Positions 36,715-49,330 of a stretch of DNA of 64,000 nucleotides are shown piece after piece. Below the pieces are notes generated by a model that saw only the letters and a list, made by a program, of their open reading frames with translations, was not told where the DNA came from and made no database searches. The stretch is taken from contig NC_086108.1 of NCBI RefSeq assembly GCF_963921235.1, forward strand, positions 38,752,001-38,816,000, read 5' to 3'. Numbering within the stretch: position 1 is the stretch's first letter; every line of letters starts with the position of its first letter. A program made the position numbers and the translations under genes. The DNA is from Mobula hypostoma (lineage: Eukaryota).

Positions 36715-38682
36715 ATTCTGATATCATTCTATCTCCCTTTGTACAGTCCCTTCTCACCTAGATCCACGACACATCACACGCCCTCGATCTCCCCAACAAC
36801 TTCAATTCCCTGACTCTGACCGCCTCATTTTCGCAATGGAAGTCCAGTCCTTATATGCATCTATCCCACATCAAGAAAGTGTTAAGGGTCTCCGCTTCCT
36901 GCTCAAAAAAGTTAACATCCTATGGTGTTACAGGAAAGATACTGGCATGGATAGAAGAATGGCTAACAGGCAGGAGGCAGTGAGTTGGAATAAAGGTTGC
37001 CTATTCTGGGTGGCTGTTGATGACTAGTGGTGTTCCTCAGGAGCCAATATTGGGGCTGCTACTTTACACATTGTTTGTCAATGATTTAGATAATGGAATT
37101 TATGGCTTTGTGGTAAAGATAGGTGGAGGGGTATGTAGTGCTGGGGATCCAATGAGATTGCAGCAGGACTTGAATGGATGGGCAAAAAAATGGCAGATGG
37201 AATACAGTGCTGGGAAATGTATGATAAAGCACTTTGGTAAAAGGAACAATAGTGCAGATTATTATCTAAGTGGGGAAAAAATTCAAACATTGTCTTGTAA
37301 GGGGACTTAGGAGTCCTCATGCAAGACTCCCAGAAGGTTAATTTACAGGTTGAGTCTGTGGTAAAGAAGTCAAACGCAGTGTTGGCATTCATTTCATGGG
37401 GAATAGAATATAAAAATGAGGAGATAATGCTGAGGCTTTATAAGGCACTAGTCAGGTCACACAGAGTATTGTCAGCAGTTCTGAGCCCCGTAGAAAAGGT
37501 CCAGAGGAGGTTCACGAGGATGATTCCAGGAATGAATGGGTTAACATATGAGAACCATTTGGCAGCTTAGGTCCTGTTCTCACTTGAATTTAGATGAATG
37601 AGTGGGAATCTCATTGAAACCAAGCGAACGTTGAAAGGACTAGATGAGGTGGATGTGGAGAGGATGTTTCCTATGGTGCGGATGCCCAGAATTAAAGGGC
37701 ACAGTCTCAAAATTGAGGGGCGACCCTTTAGAACAGAGGTAAGGAATTTTTTTACCCCTAGAGTGGTGAATCTGTGGAATGCTCGTCCACAGACTGTGGT
37801 GGAGGCCAAGTCGGTGGGTATATTTAAAGTGAAAATTAATAGTTTCCGATTGGTCTGGGCATTAGAGGATCTGGCCAGAAGGCAGGTGTACGGGGTTGAG
37901 TGGGATCCAGGATCAGCCATGACGGAATGGCGGAGAAGACTCGATGGTCCGAATGGCCTAATTCTGTTCCTTATGGTGAAGTGACACTTCAACTGCAAGT
38001 CCATTGTGGTCATCTACTGTATCCGGAGCTCCTGGTGTGGCCTCCTGTATATCGGTGAGCCCCAACGTACATTGAGAGGTCGCTTCACCAAGCACCCATG
38101 CTCCATCTGCCAGAAAAAGAAGGATCTCCCAGCAGCAACCCATTTCAATTCCACTTCCCATTCCCATTCCGACCTGCCAGACCACGGTCTCCTCTGCTTC
38201 CACACTAAGGTCACATCCAGATCGAAGGAGCAAGACCTTATATTTTGTCTGCGTAACCTCAACCTGATGGCATGAACATTGATATCTCAAACTTCTGGTA
38301 ATTGCACCGTCCTCCCACCTCCTTCTCCGTTCCCCATTCCTGTTTCCCTCTCTCACCTTATCACCTTACCTGCCTCTGGTGCTCCTCCCCCTTCCCTTTC
38401 TTCCATGGTCTTCTATCTTTTCCTATCAGACCCCCCCTTCTCCAGCTCCTTCTCTCTTTCACCAATCAATTTTCCTGCTTTTTATTTCACCTCCTCCCCT
38501 CTCCTGGTTTCACCTTTCACCTACCACCTTGTACTTCCTCCCCTTCCCCTACCTCTTTACTCTGACTTCTCCTCTTCCTTTTCAGTCCCGAAGAAGGGTC
38601 TTGGCTTGAAACGTCAACTGCTTATTCTTTTCTGTAGATGCTGCCTGGCCTGCTGAGTTCCTCCAGCATTTTGTGTGTGTTG
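36715..38682 (+). mobile_element. Penelope-like element (RT fragment, GIY-YIG endonuclease, pLTR), interrupted by CR1
   Basis: 36715-36905 reads RLIFAMEVQSLYASIPHQE (PLE RT D.SLYTSIP-type motif). 38006-38275 reads VIYCIRSSWCGLLYIGE...RFTKH...ATHFN (GIY-YIG). A pyrimidine-rich 3' region and pLTR with a decayed hammerhead follow at 38583-38620. Confidence 0.88.
36906..37976 (+). mobile_element. CR1 LINE RT C-terminal part and 3' UTR, nested in the Penelope element
   Basis: SGVPQEPILGLLLYTLFVNDLD, WAKKWQMEY, VQRRFTRMIPG and GHSLKI motifs. Confidence 0.88.
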
Positions 38683-39319
38683 CGATGATACCCACAGCAT
38701 GAGGTGGCACAGTAGAACCCTGAGTGATTGTACAATCTGGATGTTATATAGTGTTTACTTACGCTGAGAACTTGGAAAATTTTTTAAGTCCACAAGTTTT
38801 TTTTTAATGCAGTTTCCTATGACTTCTTTGCCGAAAGTGCTGGCCTCAAGCTCCTTTTTGGCTTTTTAACACTGCACTTAAGCTTTCTGGTGGTGTTGAC
38901 ATCATACTAAGCTTTTCATTCTATATAGCTGCCAGTTTTGTCTTCTGCAGGCTGTCCCTGTGATGTGTCACCCTGTGTCCTCTGCAACAGGACTGTTACA
39001 TCAATTCACCTCCCAGGAGCTGGATCCTGTGCTTTTTCAATGTGTGCCTTGGCTAGACCACTGCCTGCCCTGCCTGCTAACTCACCATATGATGTTCCTG
39101 CTGAACTAACGTCCAACGAATGTGCAATATCTGTACCTGAGCTGGTGAATCAAGTGTTGGAATGTCTTCATCTTCAGTGTCATTTTGAGTATCTACCACT
39201 GCCTTGCCAATGTATGAGAATGCAACTGATATACAAGCTTTAATTGATAATTGGTAGTTAAAAAGGGTACCGCTGGATTAGCATTATTTCAAAGCATGGT
39301 TCAGTTAATGGGATAGGGT

Positions 39320-40150
39320 TCAATGGTTCAATAGTTTAATTTAACGTTGGAGAAATGTGTACAATATAGGTCCCGAAATTCTTATTCAGAAGTGTGCCCC
39401 AAAGAATGAGTGACAGTAAAAACATTAGAACTACAAAGCCCCCATCCCCCTCCCACACACAAGTAGCAGCAAAGCAAAGTCCCTCCCCCTCCCCCACTGA
39501 CTTCAGCAAAATAAGCATCAGCTCCTCCACTTGCCAAGCAAGCAATTGCAAAGCCACTAAGAAAGACCACGATCTGCAATACAACAAAAACTAATCAGTC
39601 CTTCAAACAATTTGACTTACCACAGTATCCCTCTCTCCGTAATAAAGCGAAAAAGAGGTATCCCCTTTCACAGCGAGAGGGGAGACATAACAAAACAACT
39701 CACTGATTTACGGTGTTAAAAGTCCCTGTCATGCCCCTTTTTCCCCCGAACTCTCCGACTCGAGAACTGGCATCACTCTCCACCCACCACTGAGAGAGCG
39801 AGCAGGATTTGCTGAGTAAGAGCCTCTGACAGCTGACCTGCTGCTTCCTATGTTCCGTTTTCTCCTGCGATGTTTCAGTCCGCGGCACCGGCGTAGAGCC
39901 AGCCTATCCATAGGGCCGCGAAACCTCAGAACCCTGAAGGCATGCTCATCTTTTAGGCCGCATCCTTTGGATTTCAAAAAGTGGGCAGACATGAGCCCAT
40001 GGGAATGGGTCCCACCACCGCAGAGAGCCGAAGTCTGAGTCTAACTCCTGGGCAGGGTCTTCAGCAGAACCTCATCCACCCTGAAAAGAAAAAAAGAGAG
40101 ACATCAAAGGTCAGAATTGAACTATTTTCACAGATAAACTCAAAGGAGTT
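39320..40150 (-). mobile_element. Non-autonomous retroposon (unclassified)
   Basis: Left end with GGTTCAATGGTTCAAT tail-like repeats and a CpG-richer body. No coherent ORF. Boundaries approximate. Confidence 0.35.
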
Positions 40151-40870
40151 GCCATTGAGTGCCATCATAACTCTGCCTCCACCTATGAGATTTGTATTCA
40201 TTAAACACAGGTGTGGGATCTTTGAAGTTAATGCATGCATGCGCGCAGCCTCTTGGGTCCTGACTCCCACCTCCTATGTTCCCTCTGCCCAATCTTTTGG
40301 GGCATTTTGTCTCGCAAAACTTCAAATAAAACTCTCCTCATCACATCCCTCAGTTCAACATCAAGAAATCGAGGAGTTAAATCTTTTCAGAGTGGTGCAC
40401 TACTCAACTAGAAACTACATTTGCACTCATTGTGTCTTGCAATGCATTTCTATTTGACCCACACTGTGCTTAACAGTGTAAGCTATCTGTAGCTAGTGAC
40501 AGCCACTCTTAACTTCAGCCTTGTTGAACAGTTTGGGCACTAAACAAGCTCATGCAAATGAGAAGGGAGCATGAAATTGGAAACAAAAGGAATGCATTAA
40601 TATGGCTTCATGTTGCTGCCTTTGAGACTGCTAAATCTACCCCAATGATCTCACTGTTCAAAACCACACTGCAGAAATGAGTCTTTAGTGATATTAATTC
40701 AGGCAACAGATAAATGCAGATATCTGGTATATCTGAATATATTGTAGTCATCAATCTAAAGTGTATTGACTCTCCCCGATAGATTAAAATATGAAAATTT
40801 GGTGCAGTTTTCCTTTGACCATATAACATTTAATAGTTTGGAATATTTCTAACAATACTTTCACCACAGT

Positions 40871-41062
40871 AACGCATACAAAATGCTGGCGGAACTCAGC
40901 CGGCCAAGCAGCATCTATGGAAAGGAAGAAAGAGTCAATATTTTGGGTTGAAACCCTTCATAAGATCTTGCCCTGAAACGTTGATTGTTTACTTCTTTCC
41001 TGTTGAGTTCCTCCAGCATTTTGTTATGTGTTACCCTGGATTTCCACATCTGCAGAATCTAA
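40871..41062. mobile_element. Palindromic Penelope-pLTR derivative (inverted pair of terminal regions)
   Basis: Left arm CAAAATGCTGGCGGAACTCAGC is the reverse complement of right arm GTTGAGTTCCTCCAGCATTTTG. The centre contains decayed hammerhead halves on both strands. Confidence 0.7.
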
Positions 41063-41734
41063 CGTGCTTAACATTTTGACACTTTGGCTGCCTGAGATCT
41101 TTTAGTGGCTGGGTGCCAGGTTCCTAAAGCCACCCAGATCAACCAGACAGTCCGGGTGAGTGAGGAACATCTTTATTAAAGAGTAAAGTGTCTTTATTAT
41201 AGAGTAAAGTTGAGAGAAGAGGAGGAATTAACAGTGACCTTTACCAATTAATTAAATTTTGATCCTTATAAATCTTAAGCATGCATCTGTTTAAAGTGGC
41301 TGACATCTGAGCATACTCAAGTGGTCATGCAACTTGTCAGTAACATGGTTCCATCTATAGCAAGTTTACTTGTAAAGATGAAGGTTCTTTACCAATGTGT
41401 ATGAAGCAGTGAAACAAAATTATAATATGAACTTATTAATATTGTTAAAGTGTACAGACTAAATACCAATAAATGATACACAGTCATTTCTAACCACATA
41501 AAATGTACATTATTATTTTATACTACCAGCGTAATGTATTTCAAGCATAGTTTATCTCCTGTGTTTAGCAGATAGGGTGATTGTTACTGCCTTAAGTAAA
41601 TCAGAGTTGTAATATGTATTTTGGCTGTTTTTCATAGTATATTATTTCTATCATGGTTGTCATTTGAAATATTTTGAACATAATATTTGAATAATTTTTA
41701 ATAAAATAATACCATATTTTGCATTACTTGGATG

Positions 41735-41870
41735 TACAAATTAGTAGGTTAATTGATTATTGTAAGTTTCCCCGTGATTAGGCTGGGATTAAATCAGTGG
41801 GTTGCTGGTGACACAGCTCGAAAGGCCAGCAGGGCTTATTCCACACGTTACCTCTAAATAAATAAATAAA
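41735..41870 (+). mobile_element. SINE 3' fragment (HE1-like elasmobranch SINE)
   Basis: Reverse-complement homology to 44385-44520, with a (TAAA)n tail. Confidence 0.55.
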
Positions 41871-43271
41871 CGATCTGATTAACTTGTCAACTGCACAGAA
41901 CTAAAACTGATTGCCTTTTAATTGTTGCTAGCATTATTAGATTGCAAATCACTATATAATAAGAGAAGCGTGTTAAAATGATTCAGGTTTTCAGATAACT
42001 GAAGCATACTGTGACCTACTGCAACTTGTTGTAGTTGGATTTGTCATGTTATGGAAAAAGGTATCCCTTCTCACATCAGTCTTTTGAATGTTTTCTTCTC
42101 TGAGCAGAATAAACTGTTGAAATGTGGAAATATATGATTTTTAAAATGTAGGATTTTACAAGAATTATATCATTATATCTCTATACTATCTCACTCCTTT
42201 ACCATCGGGACATACCCACTGTGCAGTAGGCTGCAGCTATTGTCTTCGCCTTTGTTACATGATATTTAGACTGTTTTTAAACACTTGTTTTCTGATAAAG
42301 GTTTATGTCATGAGCCCTGTGGCTTGCTGTAGTAGAGCACTGACTTTCTGGGGTTTTTGAGCACCTGAATTTGTTAATCGATACCGTAACTAGAGTTGTA
42401 AAGCCCTTGTGTTTTTAGGTTTAATCTTGTCAAGTTAATTGTGGCTGGCCCATGTTTCCCTGATTATTTAAAGAGAATTCGTGTTCAGTGGCTTAGTGGG
42501 GGCCATTGAGTCAGAGAGGGTGAATTACTTTGTGGCGTTGCTTAGTCGCTCCTCCGAGGCTCCGATTTTGATGTTTATCCTCTTGTTTTCTGTCTCTTCC
42601 TGGGGATCCTTCTGTTCCTCCACACCTAGGTCCAGTCCTTCGTGAGCGCATCAGCTTAGCGGATAAGATCTAAGTATTTTGATTACCTTAAACCCAAAAA
42701 GAGACAGATGCAATCGAAAACACAGCAGTTGCATTTATAGGGAGAAGTAATCAAAAAATATTTTTGAATCACATGAAGTAAACATTCCCAAGAAAAGTCA
42801 TTTGCAAGGGGATCAGAAAAGCTCTGTGCTTTTTTGATAAGGTATATTTAAAAATGTACGTTTTCATGTCTTCTCTGTGCAGGTGTCACTTAATTCAATA
42901 CTTTTCCTTCATGCCCCATTTTGCTGCATTCAAAATGACATTTCTTTCTGCATTTCAACAAGTTTCATTTATCTCAGACAAATACTGATTCAAACTACTG
43001 TGATGGGATTTTACACCAGAGTGGTCCAAGCTTGGATAATGTCGGATTCCAAGACCACAGGTAACATTGCAAACACTAATGAACAAAACTAAAAAAAACT
43101 TTGGATGCTCTAGCTTCTGCAGTCTTCCAGTTACTATCATCCAATTTCAGCTCTCCTGTTTCAGCACTATGTTTGGGGTATTCCTATTTCCGTTCTGTTT
43201 GGGCACTACTTTTTGCATTATCCAGTTTCCTGTTTCTCTTCTGTGTGTTCATACTCCTGCACCCATATTCT

Positions 43272-43650
43272 GGCATGACTGTGGGTACTGTGGGTGGAAG
43301 GGTGGAGATAAGTCTCATCTAAAGGAGGGGCAAGACGCTCTTCCCTCCGCTAGCCTGTAGGTCACCCTTGGGCAAGTTGTATCACCTGCTTAGCCCCTCT
43401 GATCAGGGTCATGTGAAGCCAAGGGAGCAGGTGGTGAATGTTCATATGAACAGCTGGTGCATATCACAAGTCCTGGTTATGCGACCACTGACAGCAGTCA
43501 GTCTCTGAAGAATATTGATCATGGCTGGGATCGCCTGTCTTGTAAACACACAGCCCAGAAGAAGGCAAGGGCAAACCACTTCTGTGGAAAAACATGCCAA
43601 GAACAGCCATGGCCGACAATGTCATAGACACAGCACATGATAATGATGAT
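43272..43650 (+). mobile_element. SINE-like retroposon with RTE-type 3' end
   Basis: GAAGGCAAGGGCAAACCACTTCTG...TGCCAAGAA resembles the RTE/Bov-B-related tail of Sauria-type SINEs. It ends in a (TGA)n-like tail. Confidence 0.55.
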
Positions 43651-44194
43651 ATAGGATACTCATCTAGTTGATCCTACTTGGCAACACCTTTTTTGACATT
43701 CCTTTTAGTGATATCTTGTTTTGGCATTCCTGTTGACTGCCATATTTCAGCATATTTAACCGAGTACTACAACCTACACACACCCTGTTGGGTATCCTTG
43801 CTTCATACTCCTGTTTGGAACTTTTATTAACACTCCTATTTTGTTTCTTCAGACCTATTGCTCTTCAGTCAGCGTCACTCTCCCTGAACACCTGCTACTG
43901 CCCTCCATTTTGTGCACTTCTGTTCAAACTCTGACGCCTGAAATTCCTGCTTGAGAAATGCTGAATCAGCACTCCTGTTTTAACTCAGCTGCTGAGCTCA
44001 TGTGTTTCAACACACCTCGGCATTCCTGATGTGATGCTCTTATTTTGGCACCATATATTCATCACCGCTTCAGCAGAGCTGCTACCATACATTTCCAGTC
44101 GTCTTTGATGGAACTTTGTGCATATCTAATGAATCTTGCTCTCCACGATGGAAGTGATTGGTTGAGGTTGATTATTAAAAAAGGCATGAATGAA

Positions 44195-44362
44195 GATCAG
44201 AGAACTGCAGATGCTGGATATCTGAAGTGATAACAGAAAATTCTGGAAACACCCAGTGGGTTAGGCAGCATCTGTGTGGACAGAAGTAGAGTTAACATTT
44301 CAGGTCAAATAAGGATTCTGATAAGGGAACTTCAACCTAAAATGTTAAGTCTGGTTCACTTT
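44195..44362. mobile_element. Palindromic Penelope-pLTR derivative, left portion (continues at about 47667-47750)
   Basis: CTGCAGATGCTGG...GGCAGCATCTG on the left arm. The complementary arm resumes as ...GTGCTGCCTGA...CCAGCATCTGCAG after the Gypsy insert. Confidence 0.55.
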
Positions 44363-44384
44363 TATTTATCTATCTATCTGTCTA

Positions 44385-44557
44385 TCTATTTCTTTATTGA
44401 GATTCCATGCCAGATGGGCCCTTTCAAGCCTTCAAACCCTGCCGACCAGCAATCCCCCAATTTAATCCAGGCCTAATCACGGACAATTTACAATGACTAA
44501 TTAGCCTACTAACCGGTCCGTCTTTGGACTGTGGGAGGAAACCAGAGTTCCCAGAGG
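44385..44557 (-). mobile_element. SINE fragment (HE1-like), target of the Gypsy insertion
   Basis: GTCTTTGGACTGTGGGAGGAAACCAGAG..CCCAGAGG body motif with an adjacent (TATC)n tail. Truncated at the LTR start 44558. Confidence 0.6.
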
Positions 44558-47500
44558 TGTGGTAAACCATGTATATATGTTGTAACTCGGTTGCTTGTCA
44601 GGACACACCCCTCTGCTGACTGCCCCTGTGGCTCCTCCCACAGAGTCCTGTATAAAGGTGTTCGCCTTGCCCCTCCCCCTCAGTCCAGGGGCAGACACTC
44701 ACTGTGGAGGTCGTATTGTACAGCGAATAAAAGCCTTTCAGTATTTTACCAAACCTCAGTCTTTTGGAGTAATTGAAGGTGCTTCAATTTTATTCGCTCG
44801 ACCAACGGGTGCTCACGGGCCACCCCACCGCGCCAGACCAAGACAGCGACCCCACCCTGGCTTCCGTGACCCTCGACCAAAGCGCTCCCCACCAGCTCGC
44901 AAGGTCACTGATGGACATCCTGGTGGAGGGGCACAGGACAAGCTGCCTGTTTGACACAGGCAGCACGGAGAGTTTTATCCACCCAGCCACAGTGCAGCAT
45001 TGTGGACTGATGATACGGCTGATAAGTCAGAGGGTCACCATGGCCTCCAGGTCGCATACAACAGACATCTGGGGGGGTTGTGTAGCGACACTAGTGGTGC
45101 AGGGCACAGAATATCGCGACTTTAAGTTACTGGTCTTGCCTCAACTGTGTGCCCCTGTGCTGTTGGGGTTGGACTTCCAGAGCCACCTGAAAAGCGTGAC
45201 AATGAAGTATGATGGGCCCCTCCCGCCAATTACTGTCATAAATGCCCTGTTTTGTAGAGATATGTCACGTACCCCGCTACTGACCACACACACACACCGA
45301 CCCGCGCATCCCACCCAACATCATGCCAACTGCCACACTACTGACACCACTTGCGGCCTCTCCACCCTCAGGATCCCTCCCCCACCGCTGTTCGCCAACC
45401 TGACCCCCGACTGTAAACCTGTGACAACTAAAAGCAGGAGGTACAGCGCGGGGGACAGAGCTTTCATTAAGTCGGAGGTGCAGCTGCTGCTCAGGGAGGG
45501 GGTCACTGAGGCAAGCACAAGTCCTTGGAGGGCGCAGGTGGTGGTTGTTCGGAACGGGGAGAAGAATAGGATGGTCGTGGACTATAGCCAGACCATCAAC
45601 AGGTTCACGCAGCTCGACGCGTACCCTCTACCCCGCATCGCGGATATGGTCAATCAGATAGCACAGTACAAGGTGTACTCGACCATAGACCTAAAATCCG
45701 CTTACCATCAGCTCCCCATCCGCCGGGAGGACCGCCCTTACACTGCCTTCGAGGCGGACGGCAGGCTTTATCAATTCCTGCGCATCCCCTTTGGCGTCAC
45801 GAATGGTGTATCTGTCTTCCAGAGGGCAATGGACCGGATGCTGGACCAGTGCCAACTGAAGGCCACGTTCCCATATCTGGATAGCATCACCATCTGCGGT
45901 CACGACCAGCAGGATCACGACAACAACCTCCAAAAATTTCTCCAAGCGGCCAAATCTTTCAACCTCACCTATAACAAGGACAAGTGTGTATTTGGGACCA
46001 CCCGACTTGCTATCCTTGGGTGTGTTGTGGAGAACGGAGTCATTGGCCCTGACCCCGACCGTATGCGCCCCCTGTTGGAACTCCCTCTTCCCAATACCCT
46101 CAGAGCCCTCAAAAGGTGCCTGGGCTACTTTTCATATTATGCCCAATGGGTCTCTAACTATGCAGACAAGACCCGCCCCCTGGTCAAGTTCACCACATTC
46201 CCCCTCTCTGCCGAGGCCCGCGCGGCCTTCAACCGCATTAAAGGGGACATTGCCAAAGCAGCAATGCATGCGGTGGATGAGGCCATTCCCTTCCAAGTAG
46301 AGAGTGACGCCTCCGACTTTGCGCTGGCTGCTACCCTCAACCAGGCAGGAAGACCAGTGGCGTTCTTCTCCCGTACCCTTCAAGGCTCTGAAATTCGGCA
46401 CTCTGCGGTAGAGAAAGAGGCCCAGGCCATAGTGAAAGCTATAAGGCACTGGAGGCACTATCTTGCCGGCAAAAGGTTCACCCTGCTAACTGACCAGCGC
46501 TGAGTCGCATTCATGTTTAATAATCAGCAGCGGAGCAAAATCAAAAATGATAAAATTCTGAAGTGGAGAATCGAACTCTTCACCTACAACTATGACATCA
46601 TGTACAGGCCTGGGAAGCTCAACGAGCCCTCTGATGCCCTATCCCGGGGAACATGTGCCAGCGCGCAGATCGACCAGCTATACGCTCTACATGTAGACCT
46701 TTGCCACCCGGGAGTCACCCGGCTTTTCCACTTCGTGAAAGCCCGGAACCTGCCTTACTCTCTTGAGGAGATCAGGATGATGACCAGGGACTGCCAAGTC
46801 TGCGCAGAGTGCAAACTGCACTTCTACCGACCCGAAAAGGCACCACTCATCAAGGCCACCCGCCCCTTTGAGCGACTGAGCGTTGACTTTAAGGGCCCCC
46901 TTCCCTCCACCAACCGCAACGTGTACTTTCTTAACGTAATTGACGAGTACTCGCGGTTCCCCTTCGCCATCCCCTGCCCCGACACCACTACCACGTCAGT
47001 TATAAAAGCCCTGCGCAAGCTCTTCACTCTGCTCGGATACCCATGCTATATCCACAGTGACAGAGGGTCCTCGTTTATGAGTGACGAGCTGCGCCAATAT
47101 CTACTGGCTAGGGGAATTGCAACCAGTAGGACCACGAGCTATAATCCCCGGGGGAATGGACAGGTAGAGAAGGAGAATGGCACAGTGTGGAAAACCACAC
47201 TCTTAGCCCTCAGGTCAAAGGGACTGCTGGTCTCCCGCTGGCAGGAGGTCCTTCCCGAGGCACTCCACTCCATCCGCTCCCTGTTATGCACAGCCACCAA
47301 TGCCACCCCTCATGAGCGGCTCTTTTCTTTTCCCAGAAAATCGACCACTGGAACCACCCTACCATCTTGGCTGACGTCCCCGGGGCCAGTGCTGCTCCAG
47401 AAACATGCGAGGAGCAATAAATACTCCCCGATAGTCGAGAGGGTTCAGTTACTTCATGCGAACCCCCAGTATGCCTACGTGGTTTTACCTGATGGGCGGG

Positions 47501-47666
47501 AGGACACGGTCTCCATCCGCGACCTGGCGCCCGCAGGAGCTCCGGGCTCCTACCCTGAACACTCCGTGGTGACTATTGACCCCGTACCCACCAATGTATG
47601 TACCTACGAGACACCGTGCACTCCAAACCCTATACAGACACCACACGACACTCCCATACCCGGCCC
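44558..47666 (+). mobile_element. Ty3/Gypsy element: 5' LTR plus nearly intact pol; gag and 3' LTR missing
   Basis: LTR-like 44558-44786 (TG...CA, TATAAA, AATAAA). ORF 44773-46503 has protease LFDTGS, RT (YLDS for YLDD/N) and RNase H. After one in-frame TGA, ORF 46513-47685 has integrase (HPG..C..C..C, VDFKGP, HSDRG, GNGQVEK). Confidence 0.9.
44773..47666 (+). pseudogene. Gypsy pol (PR-RT-RH-IN) with a single in-frame stop at 46501-46503
   Basis: ORFs 44773-46503 and 46513-47685 share a frame (offset 1740 nt). The junction reads TDQR*VAFMF. Confidence 0.88.
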
Positions 47667-48343
47667 CTCCATAGGTGCTGCCTGAGCTACTGAGTTCTTC
47701 CGGCATTTTGTGTTTGTTACTCTAGATTTCCAGCATCTGCAGAATCATCTCTGTTCTGTACCTTTGTTCTACCTGCCCCTCTCTCATCTCTGCTGCTAAA
47801 AACTAACATTTTCTATCTGTCTCCATTCTGATAAAGGGTCTTAGTCTTAGTCTTAAAATTTTAATTGTTTCTCTTAACACAGACGCAGACAAACCTGATG
47901 AGCATTTCTAGCATTTTTTGGTTTTAAGATTTCAAGTATCTTTTGATTTCCATTTCCCTATTTGTGTGTATCTATTATATCACAGTAAGTGCTGGAAATA
48001 TTCAGCAGTCTAACATTTTCTGAAATACTGTGGAGAGAGAATTAGAATTATACAATGTTATAGCACATAAAATAATCAATTAATTGGTTGTGATTTTTGA
48101 AATAAGTTACCTATCACTAAATAATTGGGAAATTGTTTACTCACAGTGTTATACCAGCTTACTCAGTAATTCTGAATTATAGAAGCCATGGATACTTAAC
48201 AATCCCGCTGCCTTTTGGATGAGGTATCAGTAATGAATGAATTATAGCACACGTCCCCTTCTTAACAGTTCTGTTTCATTTTAGGATGATCTTTGATTTC
48301 TAATTTTCCTTTGTTCCTCTGAAAAGTTATCAGTCTGAAATGT

Positions 48344-48603
48344 TGTGGCGACCCACTCTCCAGCACACACGAACCGGCGCACACCGGCGGAGAGACCGGC
48401 CCCAAAAAGGGCGCCAGGCCATCTTCACCAGCAGGGGGAAAGAGTCTGTGATTATGCATTCCCCACAGCAGTCCCGCCCAGGGAGGGCAGGAACGGGAAG
48501 GCTTTAAAGCGGGCCGCGAAGTTTGAATAAAACTCTTTCATCACAACTCTAACTCACCGACTACGTATGGTTATTTTAGCGCTGTGTGTAGCACACCGCT
48601 ACA
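48344..48603 (+). repeat. 5' LTR
   Basis: TGTGGCGAC...GCTACA, a direct repeat of 52413-52688. It lacks an approximately 16-bp segment present in the 3' LTR. Confidence 0.95.
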
Positions 48604-48643
48604 ATTGGTAACCCCGAGGGCCCAAACAATATTTGGACCAGAG

Positions 48644-49330
48644 ATGATCGACGCTGCATCTGTTCACGCAGTTTCGTTAAAACTGCCAAGCTTTTGGGCG
48701 CTGCGACCCCATCTGTGGTTCGATCAAGCAGAAGCTCAATTCCACATTTGGCAGATAACCTCGGAGTCCACTCGCTACTACTACGTGCTGAGCTCCCTCG
48801 ACCAGGAGACAGCTGCACAAGTTGAGGAATTTATACAGTCGCCCCCGGAGGACGGCAAATACACAGCATTCAAAGCCCTGCTCATAAGGACTTTCGGACC
48901 CTCACGGCGCAAAAGAGCACGTCGCTTAATGTACCAGGATGGTTTGGGAGACAGGCTGCCGTCAGCATTAATGAACGAGATGCTGGCCCTGGCTGAAGGA
49001 CACAAACCCTGCCTCATGTTTGAGCAGGCATTCCTAGAGCAACTGCCCGAGCACGTATGCCTGCTGCTGTCCGACACAGATTTCAGCGACCCCCGGGAGG
49101 TGGTGGCCCGGGCAGATGCGCTGTGGAATGCCAGGAAAGAGAGAGGGCCGTCCGTCGGACAGATTACCAAGCCGCGTGCCCAATGGCAGACCAGACCAGG
49201 TCCGGCAGCACAGCCTACAAAACCCGGCGACAGGAGTGAGGAACCCAACGAACAATGGCGCTTCTACCACCAGCAGTGGGGCACAGAGGCCCGCCGCTGT
49301 AGACCACCCTGCAAATTCCCAGGAAACGCC
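48644..49330 (+). CDS. Gypsy Gag (capsid-like) up to the frameshift site
   Basis: MIDAASVHAVSLKLPSFW...FYHQQWG.EARRC.PPC inside ORF 48584-49498. Confidence 0.8.

Noticed and set aside
38279..38656. Hydrophobic Pro/Ser/Phe-rich ORFs as membrane proteins
   Set aside because: Translation of the pyrimidine-rich Penelope 3' region.
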